Source of the DNA: a candidate division WOR-3 bacterium
GTDB taxonomy: Bacteria > Hydrothermota > Tepidihabitantia > SM23-42 > JAOAFX01
NCBI GenBank assembly: GCA_039802265.1
Contig: JBDRWI010000002.1
Location: 6,430-70,429 of the forward strand
DNA length: 64,000 nt
Direction: 5' to 3'
Shown: positions 39,964-50,040 of the stretch, piece after piece
Numbering within the stretch: the stretch's first letter is position 1
How the letters are laid out: the number at the start of each line of letters is the position of its first letter
Program-made: the position numbers and the translations under genes
Notes under the pieces: model-generated
Databases searched by the model: none
What the model saw: only the letters and a program-made list of their open reading frames with translations
What the model was told of the DNA's origin: nothing

Positions 39964-40836
39964 TTAACCGACCTGAATTCTTTTTATATCGTTGGTGATT
40001 GCCTCTTTTAAAGATTTGTCATCGGGAAATTCTTTGATTGCCCTGAGCCGTCTTAAAAACTTTACCGTTACCTTTTGGTCATAAAGATTTCCCGAAAAAT
40101 CTATAATATATACTTCAATTGTGCGATGAGATAGAAACATCGCACCCTTATAGCCTTTATTATCAATATCTAATTTAACCTCATAGACTCCATCAAGTGG
40201 CAACAATTTCTCTCTATCCACACTTATATTAATCGTCGGAAAGCCCAGTTTTCTTCCCTTACCTTTACCCTTTATTATACAACCGGTTATGGAATATTCC
40301 CTGCCCAAAAGACGGTTTGCTGATGGGATATGTCCCAAAAGTAATAATTCTCTAATCCGCGTGCTTGATATTATTCCATTGGCGTCCTTTATCGTAGGGA
40401 CAATTTCAACAGCAAATCTTCTCCTTGCGAGTTCCTTTAGCATATGTACATCACCAGTTCGGTCCTTTCCGAAATGAAAATTTTCTCCTACCACCACAAT
40501 ATCTGGTTTTATGTCCCTTGCCAGTAAATCAACAAATTCCTCGGGAGAGATAAGGGAGAAATTTTCATCAAATTTGAAATAATAGATAAAGTCTATGCCC
40601 AATGATTTTATAATCTCTTCTTTTTCCTCTTTTGTGGTCAGAAAAATAATTTCGTTGTGTGTTAGAACCGAAACCGGTGGTGGATGGAATGTGATTATTC
40701 CAATTCTCTTCATTACCTGCATGTCTTTCAACCTTTTGATAATCTCCTGGTGTCCTTTATGGATTCCATCAAAGTTGCCAAGGGTGCAGACTGAGTTATG
40801 AGTAAATGAATCGGGCTGGTTATAGAAGATCTTCAT
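39964..40836 (-). CDS. ribF: Bifunctional riboflavin kinase/FAD synthetase
   Basis: GNFDGIHKGH, VGENFHFG, ISSTRIR, GRKLGFPTIN. Confidence 0.93.
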   Translation of the reverse strand: MKIFYNQPDSFTHNSVCTLGNFDGIHKGHQEIIKRLKDMQVMKRIGIITFHPPPVSVLTHNEIIFLTTKEEKEEIIKSLGIDFIYYFKFDENFSLISPEEFVDLLARDIKPDIVVVGENFHFGKDRTGDVHMLKELARRRFAVEIVPTIKDANGIISSTRIRELLLLGHIPSANRLLGREYSITGCIIKGKGKGRKLGFPTINISVDREKLLPLDGVYEVKLDIDNKGYKGAMFLSHRTIEVYIIDFSGNLYDQKVTVKFLRRLRAIKEFPDDKSLKEAITNDIKRIQVG

Positions 40837-40839
40837 TAT

Positions 40840-41820
40840 CTAAATTTTACCTTTTATTTGTTTGGTAAGTTCTTTTGTGATTTTCTTTCTAATTGCATCC
40901 ATTTTCTCTCTGGTCTTAATGCCGGCAGCAAGCCGGTGTCCTCCACCATTGAATCTTTGTGCTAACTTATTTACATCAATAATTCCATCGCTCCGGAGGC
41001 TTACTCTGGTTCCATTCTCTTCTTCGCGGAAAAAGACCGAGACCCTGACATTATCTATTGCCTGCAGAAACGATATGAAATTTTCTGATTCACCGATGTT
41101 TGTATTATACTTTTGGAGCATTTTCCGGGTAAGATACATTATTCCAATACCGTTTTTAATTCTGATCGTTTTTAGGACATCGCTTAATAACAATGTTCCA
41201 GCCAGTGTCTTTCGGTTCAATCTTTTTACCAGTTGGGAAGGATTTATCTTGAGTTCCAGCAAATCGGCACAGATACGCAAAGCTGCGGCGGTGGTATTGG
41301 GATAGATAAATCCACCAGTTTCGTTATAGATACCACTATAAAATAGCTCAGCAAGACTTTTGTCGATTTTCAGGTTCAATCTTTTAAAGATATTGTACAG
41401 AACTTCACAGGTTGAGGAGGCATTTTCATCAATTATGGAAATATCCCCATATTCTTCGTTACTCCGATGATGGTCAATGTTTACAATAGTCCTTTTTGAA
41501 ATTTCGGGCATACTTTTCAGCATTTCCTCCGGGAAGATTCTCTTTATATCGGCTGAATCAACAGCAATGAGTAGATCAAAATCAGCAATTTTTTTAATAA
41601 ATCTCGAGTCTTTTAAAAGAAAATTATACTTATCTAAAATTGGTGATGAACAGAAAAGGGCCGGCTCTTTGTTTGTATAATGTCCGACCAATCGAGCGAC
41701 AATCAGTGCCGAGCAGATTCCATCACAATCTGGGTCAAGGTGCGTTCCAATTACAATCCGTTTACTTCTTTTTATTATCTTTATTAGTTTCTTCAATAAG
41801 GCGGTCAATTCTTTCTCCAT
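40840..41820 (-). CDS. nrnA: DHH/DHHA1 phosphoesterase (NrnA-like)
   Basis: HLDPDCDG, VDS, NIDHH, VSLRS, GGGHRLAAG; start position uncertain. Confidence 0.85.
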   Translation of the reverse strand: MEKELTALLKKLIKIIKRSKRIVIGTHLDPDCDGICSALIVARLVGHYTNKEPALFCSSPILDKYNFLLKDSRFIKKIADFDLLIAVDSADIKRIFPEEMLKSMPEISKRTIVNIDHHRSNEEYGDISIIDENASSTCEVLYNIFKRLNLKIDKSLAELFYSGIYNETGGFIYPNTTAAALRICADLLELKINPSQLVKRLNRKTLAGTLLLSDVLKTIRIKNGIGIMYLTRKMLQKYNTNIGESENFISFLQAIDNVRVSVFFREEENGTRVSLRSDGIIDVNKLAQRFNGGGHRLAAGIKTREKMDAIRKKITKELTKQIKGKI

Positions 41821-42100
41821 ACTCAAAACTATCATCAAAGGCAAATTTTAATTCGGGAATAAATTTAATCCTAATCCGATGGGCAAGGGTTGTTTTTATA
41901 AATCCCTTTGCACCCTGCAGAATTAGCAAGTCATTTTTTCTATCGCCAAGGGTCGTAAAATAGATTGTCGCCTCCTTCAAATCAGGGGTAACAAAAACCT
42001 TTGTTATGGTAACAAATCCCAGACGCGGGTCTTTTATCTCCTGACTGATGATAATTGATATTTCTTTGGCAATTAGTGAGGCAACGCGATCTGAGCGCAT
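41762..42100 (-). CDS. rbfA: Ribosome-binding factor A
   Basis: KDPRLGFVTIT.V..TPDL, PELKFAFD. Confidence 0.95.
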   Translation of the reverse strand: MRSDRVASLIAKEISIIISQEIKDPRLGFVTITKVFVTPDLKEATIYFTTLGDRKNDLLILQGAKGFIKTTLAHRIRIKFIPELKFAFDDSFEYGERIDRLIEETNKDNKKK

Positions 42101-42143
42101 ATTTTATTAAATAAATAGAAACAATTAAATAATATTATTTTAT

Positions 42144-42455
42144 TCATAAAATCTGACACTCCGCATTTAATATTGTAACCGGATGGAAATGTTCAATATA
42201 TTTAATCAATGCCTTCATTGTAGTATCTACTACACTCTGTTTGTTGCTACAGGTTATGGTAGTTATTTGTGCCCGCTGCCAAAGGTCCAACTCCCCGTAT
42301 TCGCAGAGAGCAATGTTAAATCTATTTTTTAATTTTTCTTCAAGACTAACTATGACCCTTCTTTTTTCCTTTAAAGATTGGCAATTGTGGATATGAAGGT
42401 CAAACTTGCAGATGCCAACAAAAAATTTGTTATCTTTTTTAAGGTCGGGAAACAT
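42144..42455 (-). CDS. DUF503 (YlxP) protein
   Basis: SLKEKRRVI.SL..KLKNRFNI...E....DLWQR; conserved position between infB and rbfA. Confidence 0.85.
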   Translation of the reverse strand: MFPDLKKDNKFFVGICKFDLHIHNCQSLKEKRRVIVSLEEKLKNRFNIALCEYGELDLWQRAQITTITCSNKQSVVDTTMKALIKYIEHFHPVTILNAECQIL

Positions 42456-44556
42456 CTTCTTGTTGCTCGCTCTCTTCTTTTGCTGATTCTTCAACTTTGT
42501 AAAACTGGAGTATGTCCCCTTTTTCTAAATCGGTGATATTCTCAATTCCAATACCGCATTCATAGCCAGCGCTTACCTCACGGACATCTTCTTTAAAACG
42601 TTTTAATGAAATAACCCTTGAACGGTGTATTTCTTTGCCCCCCCTTAATTGCGAGACAATTGCGTTTCTTATAACCTTGCCGTCTTTTACATAACAACCG
42701 GCAATTATACCGACTTTGGGAATATTGTAGACCTCCCTCACCTCTGCCTCGCCGATAAGTATCTCCTGAATCTTCGGTTCAAGTAGACCAACCATCGCCA
42801 GACGCAGGTCATCAAGTGCCTCATAGATTAAACGATAGGTTCTTATCTCTACTCCTTCTCTTTCGGCTTTCTCCAGTGCATTTACATCCGGACCAACATG
42901 GAAGCCAACACATATTGAATCGGTAACTTCAGCAAGCAATACATCAGAGACACTTATTTTCCCTACCCCTTTGTGTACAATATTGATGCTCACATCTTCC
43001 ATAGAAAGCTCGCGCAATTTTTCATCAAGGACCTCTAATGAACCGGCAGTATCAGCCTTGAGTATTATCTTTAGTTCCTTTGTCTTGCCGGACTTTATCT
43101 GTTCCTGTAAATCAAGGAGTGTAACACGGGCGCGTTTTGTTCGCATCCGCCTGCTTCTTTCGAGAAGTTCTCTTTGATAGGCAAGTTCCCGTGCCTGCCT
43201 TTCATCATCAACCACAACAAATACCTCACCTGCCTCAGGGAGACTGTTGAATCCTAAAACCTGAACTGGAGTTGAGGGACCGGCCTCTTCAACTTTTTTT
43301 AGATTCTCATTGAGCAATTCCCTCACCCGTCCGAAATGTGCACCACAAACAAAAGGATCGCCCCGGCGCAAAATTCCTTCCTGAACAAGGACGGTACAAA
43401 CATTACCCCTCCCCGGATCGAGCTTTCCTTCAATAACTACGCCCTTTGCCTTTTTTCGTAAGGGTGCCCTTAGATTCAACTCTTCAGCCTTTACCAAAAT
43501 CGCATCAAGCAGGTCATTTATACCTATATTCTTTAACGCCGAGGTTTCAACGCAGATTGTTTTTCCCCCGAATTCTTCAACAATTACATTAACTTTGGCA
43601 AGTTGTGACTTAACTAAATTAACATTTGCCCGTGGCAAGTCAATCTTATTGATTGCAACAATTATGGGCAGATTGGCCGCACGAGCATGGTCTATTGCTT
43701 CAATTGTCTGTGGCATTACCCCGTCATCGGCAGCGACAACCAATACTACAATATCCGTTACCTGAGCACCTCTTGCCCTCATCGCCGTAAATGCCTCATG
43801 ACCAGGTGTATCTAAAAAGGTAATCAATTTATCCCGGTAAGAAATTTGATACGCTGCCATTTTCTGGGTAATCTTTCCGTATTCACTTTCGGCGACCCGC
43901 AGTTTTGTTATTGCATCTAAAAGGGTGGTCTTTCCATGGTCAACATGTCCCATTACGGTCACCACGGGTGGGCGAGTAATTGTCTCTGATGGTGTCTCTT
44001 CTTTTTTTGTCTGTTCTTCAATTGAAATCGGTTTTACGGCGCAGTTGAATTCATCACAGACGACCGTAATTGTATCAAGGTCAAGACGCTGATTGAGACT
44101 TGCCATGATTCCTAAATCCATACATTTTTTAATCACTTCACTCGGAGAAAGTTCAAGTGCCTGTGCCAGTTCAGCGACGGTCATAAATTCAAATACCTCA
44201 ATCACCTTTTCCTGAGGTTTTGTGGGCAATTTGGGCATTTCTTTTTTGGATTCATAATGTTTTTTTAATTCGCCTTTCTCAATCTTTGCCAGCGTTGACT
44301 TTACCGCCTGGCGTACTGCGGCTTCATCAATTTTTTGCTTTTTATCCTTTGCCTTTTCACCGGGTTTAAATTTGGTAACCTCTTTTTTTAACCTCCGTTT
44401 TTCTTCAGCAATTTTTGCCCTTATCTTTTTCACCTCTTCATCAGTTAGTGTTGACATATGCCCCTTTGCCTTAATACCAATTTCCTCAAGCATCTTTATC
44501 AGGGCAACACTGGATAGGCCTAAACTTTTTGCCAAATCATGAACCTTCTGGGGCAT
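42439..44556 (-). CDS. infB: Translation initiation factor IF-2
   Basis: RPPVVTVMGHVDHGKTTLLD, DTPGHEAFTAMRARGA, NKID. Confidence 0.98.
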   Translation of the reverse strand: MPQKVHDLAKSLGLSSVALIKMLEEIGIKAKGHMSTLTDEEVKKIRAKIAEEKRRLKKEVTKFKPGEKAKDKKQKIDEAAVRQAVKSTLAKIEKGELKKHYESKKEMPKLPTKPQEKVIEVFEFMTVAELAQALELSPSEVIKKCMDLGIMASLNQRLDLDTITVVCDEFNCAVKPISIEEQTKKEETPSETITRPPVVTVMGHVDHGKTTLLDAITKLRVAESEYGKITQKMAAYQISYRDKLITFLDTPGHEAFTAMRARGAQVTDIVVLVVAADDGVMPQTIEAIDHARAANLPIIVAINKIDLPRANVNLVKSQLAKVNVIVEEFGGKTICVETSALKNIGINDLLDAILVKAEELNLRAPLRKKAKGVVIEGKLDPGRGNVCTVLVQEGILRRGDPFVCGAHFGRVRELLNENLKKVEEAGPSTPVQVLGFNSLPEAGEVFVVVDDERQARELAYQRELLERSRRMRTKRARVTLLDLQEQIKSGKTKELKIILKADTAGSLEVLDEKLRELSMEDVSINIVHKGVGKISVSDVLLAEVTDSICVGFHVGPDVNALEKAEREGVEIRTYRLIYEALDDLRLAMVGLLEPKIQEILIGEAEVREVYNIPKVGIIAGCYVKDGKVIRNAIVSQLRGGKEIHRSRVISLKRFKEDVREVSAGYECGIGIENITDLEKGDILQFYKVEESAKEESEQQEDVSRP

Positions 44557-45817
44557 TTTCTACCGGCTCCTCTTTTTCTTCCTTTGGTTTCAACTTAGCC
44601 AATAATTCGTCAACCCCTGCATCATCAAGGGATAATAACAACTTCAATTCATCAGGGGTGGCCTTAAGGACGCTTAAGACATTTGTATAACCCTTTTCAA
44701 TGAGTAACTTTTTTAGTTCCTTACTTAACCCTTCCACATTTTCGATCTTCGTTTCTGCAAGAATTTTCTCTTGAATCTCTTTTTCATATTCGGAGGCCTT
44801 CTTTATTTCAATATGAACCCCAGTGAGTCTTGAGGCGAGTTCAACATTTACCCCGTTTTTACCGATTGCTTTTGAATAGTCTTCATCAGGAACAACTGCA
44901 ATGATATTCCCTTCACTGACAACTACTACATCTTTTACTTTTGCGGGTGAAAGAGCACGCGAAACCAGTAGATTTAAATCCTTACTCCACTGAATAACAT
45001 CGATCTTTTCACCCGAAAGTTCCTTAACAATAGATTGAATCCGGCTCCCCCGGTATCCAACGCAAGCACCAACCGGGTCAATCTTGGGATCAATTGTCTG
45101 AACAGCCACCTTAGCCCTGACACCAGGGTTGCGCACGGTCTTAACAATCTGAATCAAACCTTCTTTTATCTCGGGAATTTCATAATAAAGTAGTCGCTCT
45201 AAAAATTTGGGGTCGGTTCTTGAGAGGATGATTCTTGGTCCCCATTGTGATCTTTCAACTGCGGCAACGACCGCCCGGATAGGCGAATCAAGGCGATAGT
45301 GCTCAGTGCTAATCAAGCCGTTTTTCGTTATCGTTGCCTCCACCGGACCAAGGTCAACAAGTACTTCATTCCGGCTGACTACTTTAATTATTCCCTTGAC
45401 AATCTCACCGAGTTTCTTTTCGTATTCACCCATTATTCTATTTCTTTCTGCCTCACTGATACGCTGGGTCAGTGCCTGTTTTACTGATTCAATTGCAGTT
45501 CGTCCGAGTTCCGAAATGGCAACCGGAATCCGAATTTCATCGCCGACTTTACATTCTTTCTTTGTAAGAGCCTCCTGTAAAGAAATTTCTTTATCCGGGT
45601 CTTTTACCTCTTCAACGACCTTTTTGATCAACGCTATTTTTATTTCACCAGTTGATTTATTAACCGAAACATCGGACTCGGTTCCTTTTCCGAATTTTTT
45701 CCTTACCCCGCTCTTGATTGCTTCAACAAGGGAATCTATGACATAATCATATTTTACACCCCGTGTTCGGGCGATTGTTTTAATACTCTCAATAATTAAA
45801 TTATCTTCGTTTGCCAT
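44537..45817 (-). CDS. nusA: Transcription termination/antitermination factor NusA
   Basis: S1 and KH domains; DPVGACVG.RGSRI, AIGKNGVNV.LAS. Confidence 0.96.
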   Translation of the reverse strand: MANEDNLIIESIKTIARTRGVKYDYVIDSLVEAIKSGVRKKFGKGTESDVSVNKSTGEIKIALIKKVVEEVKDPDKEISLQEALTKKECKVGDEIRIPVAISELGRTAIESVKQALTQRISEAERNRIMGEYEKKLGEIVKGIIKVVSRNEVLVDLGPVEATITKNGLISTEHYRLDSPIRAVVAAVERSQWGPRIILSRTDPKFLERLLYYEIPEIKEGLIQIVKTVRNPGVRAKVAVQTIDPKIDPVGACVGYRGSRIQSIVKELSGEKIDVIQWSKDLNLLVSRALSPAKVKDVVVVSEGNIIAVVPDEDYSKAIGKNGVNVELASRLTGVHIEIKKASEYEKEIQEKILAETKIENVEGLSKELKKLLIEKGYTNVLSVLKATPDELKLLLSLDDAGVDELLAKLKPKEEKEEPVENAPEGS

Positions 45818-46259
45818 TATAAAATTCCTCCAGGGTCTTTGCCCTTAATATTTTGTGGTAGGGAATTAATACCTCACCGGATTTCAAAGCCAGAAGCACG
45901 CCGTCATTTCTTGCTTCTCTAATATGTCCGCAGACGCGGTTATCGCTTAAGACGACTTCAATAAATTTACCCAATGCCCACTTAAAGTGCTCAGGCCGGC
46001 TGAGAGGTCTTTCAATGCCCGGAGAAGAAACCTCCAGGGTATAGGGGAAGTCTATGAGATTGTTATTATCTAACTCCCGCGAAATTGCATTACTTACCGT
46101 TTCACAATCTTTAATTGTTACCGCGGAATCCTTTCGGTCAATAATGATGCGCAGTGTCTTTGAAACTTTATTAAACTGGATGTCATAGAGTCGTAGATTC
46201 ATATCACTCAGGATCAAGTTCACTTTTTCAGTTATCAAATCTAAATTCATTTCATCCAT
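45801..46259 (-). CDS. rimP: Ribosome maturation factor RimP
   Basis: YTLEVSSPGIERPL. Confidence 0.95.
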   Translation of the reverse strand: MDEMNLDLITEKVNLILSDMNLRLYDIQFNKVSKTLRIIIDRKDSAVTIKDCETVSNAISRELDNNNLIDFPYTLEVSSPGIERPLSRPEHFKWALGKFIEVVLSDNRVCGHIREARNDGVLLALKSGEVLIPYHKILRAKTLEEFYNGKRR

Positions 46260-47964
46260 TTATCCTCGCAAGTAAAGTCTCTTTTAATTTTATGCAGGTC
46301 TCCGCAACTGTCTCTTTTTTTATCTCAAATGTCTCACCCGTTTCTCGTAAATAGATATCAAACAGACCTTTCTTTAATCCTTTACTCCCAATAGTAAGGC
46401 GCATAGGAATACCTAAAAGGTCTGCGTCATTAAACTTTATACCGGCTGAATTATCCCGGTCATCAATGATAATTGAAAGATTATTTTTTGTCAAGGTCTC
46501 TATAATTTCTTGGGCAATCTGCCTTGTTTCAACAGGGTTGAGCAAAACGAGATAAATGTCATAAGGAGCAATTGAAATTGGCCACACTGCACCCCTCTCG
46601 TCCCCTTTCTGTTCAATTGCACAAGCCATAATTCGTTCAAGCCCAATGCCATAACTGCCCATTACTATCGGTCTTTCCTTTCCATTCACATCAGAAAAAT
46701 ATGCACCCATACTCACCGAATATTTTGTTCCCAATTTGAAGATATGGCCGAGTTCAAGACAATTCTCCAATCGCAATTGAGCACCACATTTAATACAACG
46801 GTCGGTTGTCTTTACCAGGCGGAGATTATAAAAATTATCTACCTTTATATCACGCTCCAAATTCAATCCTGAGATGTGAAAGTCATTTTCGTTTGCACCG
46901 GTGATCATTCCCTTTGTGCCTTTTAATAAATCATCAGCTATTATTACTACATCCTTTACGCCATAGGGACCAATATAACCCGGTTCAGCCCCAAAATATC
47001 TCTTTATTTCGTCGCTGGAGGCGGGTTGATATTCTCTACCAATTATCTTGCCGAGTGTCTCTATATTTATTTCATAATCACCCCTGATTAAAATGAGAAT
47101 CGGATTCTTACCCTGGGCAGTAAAGAACATACTCTTGACCAGTCGCTCTGCTGGAACATTTAGAAACTGGGTTACCTCCTCAACGGTTCTTATAGCCGGG
47201 GTTGGAATCTTTTCAATCACGGCATCAGGAAATGTTCGATAGTCTCCTGTTCCCTGTGCTACCGTAAGGTTTGCACGATAATCGCATTTTTCGCAAAGGA
47301 CAATCGTGTCTTCACCATTTTCAACCGGTGCCATAAATTCCTTTGACTCACCGGTTCCCATAAGCCCACCGGAGGCATCAACAATGATAAATTTCAAACC
47401 ACAACGTTTGAAAATTCTTGAGTACGCATCCTTATGTAAGTTAAAACTTTTATCAAGTCCTGCTTCGTCTACATCAAGGCTATAGGAGTCTTTCATGATA
47501 AACTGACGAGAGCGGATAACGCCAAACCTTGGTCTTGGTTCGTCCCGAAATTTAGTCTGGATTTGATACCAGATCTGGGGCAGGTCTCGATAGGAACGAA
47601 TCTTGGAGCGTGCAATCTGGGTGATAATCTCTTCATGGGTAGGGCAGAGGCAGTATTCGCGATTCTTCCTATCTTTCAGTCTAAACATATCCGCCCCAAA
47701 ATCGGTCCATCTACCTGATTCCTCCCAGACTTCTCTGGGCGAAATTGCCGGCATAAGCATTTCCTGTGCCCCGATACGGTCAAGTTCTTCCCTTATAATA
47801 TTGGCGATTTTTAATAAAATCCGCCAGCCAAGAGGAAGATAAGTATGGATTCCGGAGGCATGCTGCTTAATAAAACCGCCACGTAAAAGTATCCGGTGGC
47901 TTTTGCTCTCGGCATCCTTCGGGTCTTCCCTTAAGGTCTCAATCAGTGCCTTAGAAAATATCAT
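46252..47964 (-). CDS. proS: Proline--tRNA ligase (bacterial type with editing insertion)
   Basis: PTHEE, KFRDEPRPRFG..RSRQF.MKDSYS, GHIFKLG, MGSYGIGLER; ATG 47964 chosen. Confidence 0.97.
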   Translation of the reverse strand: MIFSKALIETLREDPKDAESKSHRILLRGGFIKQHASGIHTYLPLGWRILLKIANIIREELDRIGAQEMLMPAISPREVWEESGRWTDFGADMFRLKDRKNREYCLCPTHEEIITQIARSKIRSYRDLPQIWYQIQTKFRDEPRPRFGVIRSRQFIMKDSYSLDVDEAGLDKSFNLHKDAYSRIFKRCGLKFIIVDASGGLMGTGESKEFMAPVENGEDTIVLCEKCDYRANLTVAQGTGDYRTFPDAVIEKIPTPAIRTVEEVTQFLNVPAERLVKSMFFTAQGKNPILILIRGDYEINIETLGKIIGREYQPASSDEIKRYFGAEPGYIGPYGVKDVVIIADDLLKGTKGMITGANENDFHISGLNLERDIKVDNFYNLRLVKTTDRCIKCGAQLRLENCLELGHIFKLGTKYSVSMGAYFSDVNGKERPIVMGSYGIGLERIMACAIEQKGDERGAVWPISIAPYDIYLVLLNPVETRQIAQEIIETLTKNNLSIIIDDRDNSAGIKFNDADLLGIPMRLTIGSKGLKKGLFDIYLRETGETFEIKKETVAETCIKLKETLLARING

Positions 47965-48334
47965 AACCATAAATATAACATAATTTTTCAAAAAAGTCAA
48001 CTAAAAAATTAATTTCCTGCCGTTTCAAAGTGAAAAATGTATCCTTCTCAAAATTGGGTGCATCAAACTACAGGATAATTGGTTTAAAAGTACCTGTAAA
48101 GGATTTTAGAGCAATTTTTTGTTTATGGGAAAAAAAGAGGGTTAGAAGAGATAATACCTTTACCTATGAGGGCAAGGACATCCTGTTGATCAGTGTGCTT
48201 ACAGGAAAAATGTAGATAAGTAATTGAATAGCATAAAGGTACATAATGTCTTGAAATTAAAGGACATTTTACCTTTGCAATAAAACCGCCGATTATGTTC
48301 ATTGACACTGTCCTTTTTTTGACTAAAATATGGA

Positions 48335-49417
48335 GTGTTTTTCTTATTGATTATTTCGGGACTTTCTCCGCAGAGTGTTGTTGCTAACGACCGACCGAAT
48401 GACGCCGGTGGTTGTGTTATAATAACATGGGATTCAGTCTCTGATACATCCATAGATGGCTATATAGTCTTAAGGCAGACACTTCCTGATACCACATTCA
48501 AAAGGGTTGGTTTCACGGGCAGGTTAAAGAATGAATTTGAGGATAATAGTGCGGTTGATTCAGAACGCTATGTTTACCGGATCGCTACCAAGAAAGGGGA
48601 GATGTACTATTATTCACCCCCAAGTAATGTCATTCATTCCTCACCACAATTCTTCCATACCGGCAGATTGAATACACTCATTGCGGTAATAATCTTTACC
48701 TTCCTTTTAGTCTATTTTGTCCGCCGGGCAAAGAAAGGAGAGAATCTTTTTATTAGAAAGATCAGTGGCATTGATGCAGTTGATGAGGCAATTGGCCGGG
48801 CTACAGAAATGGGAAGGCCAATTCTATATGTCCCCGGACTGGGCGATATTGATTTTCCTTCAACAATTGCCTCAATGAATATCCTTGGTGAGGTGGCAAA
48901 AAAGGTTGCAATGTATGATATCCCGCTCATTGCCGTGAATTGTTATCCTGTCGTCTTCACCGTTGCCCGTGAAATTGTCCATGAGGCATTCTTGAATCAG
49001 GGTAAGATTGAGAAATATAAAGACGACTATGTCCGTTATCTAACTGAATCTCAGTTTGGTTATGCCGGCGCGATAAATGGAATAATTCTAAGGGAACGCC
49101 CAGCCACCTGTTTCTTTATTGGACCATTCTTTGCTGAGTCATTGCTTATGGCCGAAACCGGCAATCAGATCGGTGCGGTTCAGATTGCTGGTACCGACCA
49201 GGTTCTCCAATTACCATTTTTTGTTACTGCCTGCGATTATACACTGCTCGGTGAAGAAGTCTATGCCGCCTCTGCCTACCTTTCACGGGAACCCATACTG
49301 TTAGGTTCATTAAAGGCACAGGATTTTGGGAAGTTTCTGGTATTGTTAATTCTTGTCTTTCTGACTGTTTTATCATTCTTTAATCTGAATCTTTTATCAT
49401 TTTTGAAGGTGGAATGA
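48335..49417 (+). CDS. Membrane protein with N-terminal FN3-like domain and DUF6754-like domain
   Basis: DRPNDAGG..IITW FN3-like; IRKISGIDAVDEAIGRATEMGRP; family name from memory, unverified. Confidence 0.65.
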   Translation: MFFLLIISGLSPQSVVANDRPNDAGGCVIITWDSVSDTSIDGYIVLRQTLPDTTFKRVGFTGRLKNEFEDNSAVDSERYVYRIATKKGEMYYYSPPSNVIHSSPQFFHTGRLNTLIAVIIFTFLLVYFVRRAKKGENLFIRKISGIDAVDEAIGRATEMGRPILYVPGLGDIDFPSTIASMNILGEVAKKVAMYDIPLIAVNCYPVVFTVAREIVHEAFLNQGKIEKYKDDYVRYLTESQFGYAGAINGIILRERPATCFFIGPFFAESLLMAETGNQIGAVQIAGTDQVLQLPFFVTACDYTLLGEEVYAASAYLSREPILLGSLKAQDFGKFLVLLILVFLTVLSFFNLNLLSFLKVE

Positions 49418-50037
49418 AACAGCGTCTGCCGTTATTTATTTGCTTGGTTGTGGGACTATTGATGGTCATCCAGTTTTACATTCCCCACCCGGTCTCTGTT
49501 GGATTCAATAGTATTATAAACAAGTGGGTTGTTATTCTCTCCGCATTTGCCCTGGTCTTGGGGATCGGAAATTTGGTAAGTCATCATATTAGCAAAATCA
49601 AAAAGGCGAAAGCAGACCGATGGTATAGCCTGGTCACCCTTATAAGTATGACCCTGATGGCACTTGTGGGACTTGTCTTTGGAATCGGTCCGGATTCGCT
49701 TTATCAAAAAATCTTTCTTAATATTCTTACGCCCCTTGGTGCCACGATGTTTGCACTTTTAGCATATTATATGGCATCAGCGGCATACCGTGCATTCCGG
49801 GTCCGAAATATTGAGGCGAGCATATTATTGGCTTCGGCCTTTGTAGTGATGCTTGGTTTTATGCCCATCGGTCAGTTCCTCCATCCGTATTTCCCACAAG
49901 TTGCCGAGTGGATTATGCGCGTTCCCAATATGGCATCACAACGGGGTATCCTCTTTGGTGTCGCCTTCGGTTCAATTGCCACCGCATTGAAGATTATATT
50001 AGGTATTGAACGCTCTTGGTTGGGAAGCGGGAAATGA
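49414..50037 (+). CDS. Hypothetical polytopic membrane protein
   Basis: About 6 TMs; ASAAYRAFR, RGI..G...G.IA..LKII.GIER; ATGA overlap with upstream gene. Confidence 0.75.
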   Translation: MKQRLPLFICLVVGLLMVIQFYIPHPVSVGFNSIINKWVVILSAFALVLGIGNLVSHHISKIKKAKADRWYSLVTLISMTLMALVGLVFGIGPDSLYQKIFLNILTPLGATMFALLAYYMASAAYRAFRVRNIEASILLASAFVVMLGFMPIGQFLHPYFPQVAEWIMRVPNMASQRGILFGVAFGSIATALKIILGIERSWLGSGK

Positions 50038-50040
50038 ACG

